DNA of 64,000 nucleotides from Escherichia coli (GTDB lineage Bacteria; Pseudomonadota; Gammaproteobacteria; Enterobacterales; Enterobacteriaceae): NCBI RefSeq assembly GCF_030013205.1, contig NZ_CP122648.1; one strand, 5' to 3'. Shown piece by piece: positions 63,360 to 64,000 of this stretch (position 1 is its first letter; each line of letters starts with the position of its first letter). The notes under the pieces were generated by a model. It saw only the letters and a program-made list of their open reading frames with translations, ran no database searches and was not told where the DNA came from. The position numbers and the translations under genes were made by a program.

Positions 63360-63373
63360 ACCAGGGCAATGTA

Positions 63374-64000
63374 GGTAATGACTCCAACTTACTGATAGTG
63401 TTTTATGTTCAGATAATGCCCGATGACTTTGTCATGCAGCTCCACCGATTTTGAGAACGACAGCGACTTCCGTCCCAGCCGTGCCAGGTGCTGCCTCAGA
63501 TTCAGGTTATGCCGCTCAATTCGCTGCGTATATCGCTTGCTGATTACGTGCAGCTTTCCCTTCAGGCGGGATTCATACAGCGGCCAGCCATCCGTCCTCC
63601 ATATCCTGTCATACGCGTAAAACAACCAGCGCCGACGTAACCCCACTGTTCGTCCATTTCCGCGCAAACAATGACGTCACTGCCCGGTTGTATGCATGAG
63701 TTTACCGACTGCGGCCTGAGTTTTTTAAGTGTCGTAAAATCGTGTTGAGGCCAACGCCTATAATGCGTGCACTGGCGCGACATCCGACGCCATTCATGGC
63801 CATATCAATAATTTTCTGGTGTGTACCGGGCTGAGAGGCGGTGTAAGTGAACTATAGCTGCCATGTTTTACGGCAGTGAGAGCAGAGATAGCGCTGATGT
63901 CCGGCAGTACTTTTACCGTTACGCACCACGCCTTCAGTAGCTGAGCAGGAGGGACAACTGATGGAGATGGAAGCCACGGGAGCACCTCAAAAACACCATC
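63374..64000 (-). mobile_element. IS1 copy, defective, running off the window end
   Basis: IS1 right inverted repeat GGTAATGACTCCAACTTACTGAT at 63374; insA region with premature TAG (KTWQL*); insB with internal deletion of about 100 bp; left inverted repeat cut by window edge. Confidence 0.8.
63389..63667 (-). pseudogene. insB: IS1 InsB fragment (internal deletion)
   Basis: ...[11 protein letters not shown] then jump to [65 protein letters not shown]. Confidence 0.7.

Overview
Enterobacterial (Escherichia coli-like) chromosome, in reverse orientation relative to the K-12 map as I recall it. Positions 1-37,500 are conserved core: flgG' (partial), flgFEDCB, divergent flgA-flgM-flgN, murJ, yceM, yceH, rimJ, mdtH, grxB, yceB, pyrC, dinI, bssS, solA, yceJ, yceI, trhO(yceA), lpxL, mdtG, msyB, yceK, opgHG, opgC, clsC, ymdB, ymdA, the curli operons csgBAC/csgDEFG, ycdZYX, ghrA and tRNA-Ser serX. 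From the serX 3' end (about 37,503) to the window end lies a mosaic accessory island of at least 26.5 kb. It contains a decayed CP4-44-like module (yeeP GTPase, 5'-truncated flu with its GATC switch retained, antirestriction-like gene, cbeA/cbtA toxin-antitoxin pair), a complete EcoR124-like type IC restriction-modification system (hsdM-hsdS-hsdR) abutted by IS5, and a second, degraded restriction locus. That second locus holds a truncated hsdM, the 3' part of a GmrSD-like DUF1524 nuclease gene, an intact giant (about 1,911 aa) DUF4011-type SF1 helicase fused to a Vsr-like endonuclease, and a small HsdR-N-like ORF cut by an IS3-family element. The IS3-family element is itself interrupted by a group II intron and by IS30, and a defective IS1 runs off the window end. 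The giant helicase-nuclease is the strongest candidate for an uncharacterised or poorly characterised defence function. All gene names rest on my reading of the translated ORFs and on recalled family signatures; no database search was run.
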